NCBI GenBank assembly: GCA_965178125.1
Contig: OZ237740.1
Coordinates: 806,001 to 870,000, forward strand
Direction of reading: 5' to 3'
Source of the DNA: Bilabrum cf. latius
Lineage: Eukaryota
DNA: 64,000 nt
Below are positions 63,970 to 64,000 of the stretch, piece after piece. The notes beneath the pieces were generated by a model, which was not told the origin of the DNA, ran no database searches, and saw nothing but the letters and a program-made list of their open reading frames with translations. Positions within the stretch are counted from its first letter, which is position 1. The number at the start of each line of letters is the position of its first letter. Made by a program: the position numbers and the translations under genes.

Positions 63970-64000
63970 CGACGACTTCAAAACGCTCTTTGGGGACTCA

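Noticed and set aside
1-64000. Window as a cluster of pseudogenes with premature stops
   Set aside because: The interruptions I found are all TAG, with no frameshifts, and they include housekeeping genes (eIF2-gamma, IMP3) whose motifs are otherwise intact.
1-64000. Prokaryotic or phage origin (amber-recoded phage, pyrrolysine system)
   Set aside because: Spliceosomal GT-AG introns and eukaryotic genes (Myb, IMP3, GLTP, eIF2-gamma) are present. No pyl genes are seen, and TAG aligns with Gln.
1-64000. Ciliate-type UAR=Gln code (table 6)
   Set aside because: No in-frame TAA was seen in any gene, and TAA ends three genes at plausible C-termini (4836, 41330, 41418).
1-64000. tRNA-Gln(CUA) or an eRF1 gene that would explain the code
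   Set aside because: I saw no tRNA cloverleaf or release-factor gene in this window; they must be sought elsewhere in the genome.
1-64000. Firm taxonomic assignment (gene style is reminiscent of GC-rich heterotrophic stramenopiles such as bicosoecids)
   Set aside because: This is an impression only; there is no rRNA gene in the window and I cannot run a phylogeny.

Overview
GC-rich, gene-dense eukaryotic (protist-like) nuclear DNA with short GT-AG introns of about 85-250 bp. The main result is that the window does not use the standard genetic code. TAG occurs in frame dozens of times inside otherwise intact genes, including two conserved Gln positions of eIF2-gamma, while every gene I could delimit ends in TGA or TAA. 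This points to UAG=Gln with UAA/UGA still stop codons, a rare uncoupling of UAG from UAA. Read this way, the fragmented ORF track collapses into 15 genes: a hybrid histidine kinase (3' end only), a LYR protein absent from the ORF track, an ankyrin protein, a glutathionyl-hydroquinone reductase, a GLTP, a ~2000-aa type I membrane protein, a coiled-coil/low-complexity protein, an R2R3-Myb factor, a ~6100-aa giant (putative protease/DUF3638/DUF3645/EF-hand/SPRY), a ~3200-aa TM-PAS-pseudo-histidine-kinase-SH3 protein, IMP3, a mitochondrial-type ferredoxin, a GNAT, an IBTK-like ANK-RCC1 protein and eIF2-gamma. An exact 88-bp duplication looks like two intron-encoded box C/D snoRNAs with two guides antisense to 18S rRNA. 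All calls come from manual reading and remembered motifs; no searches were run.
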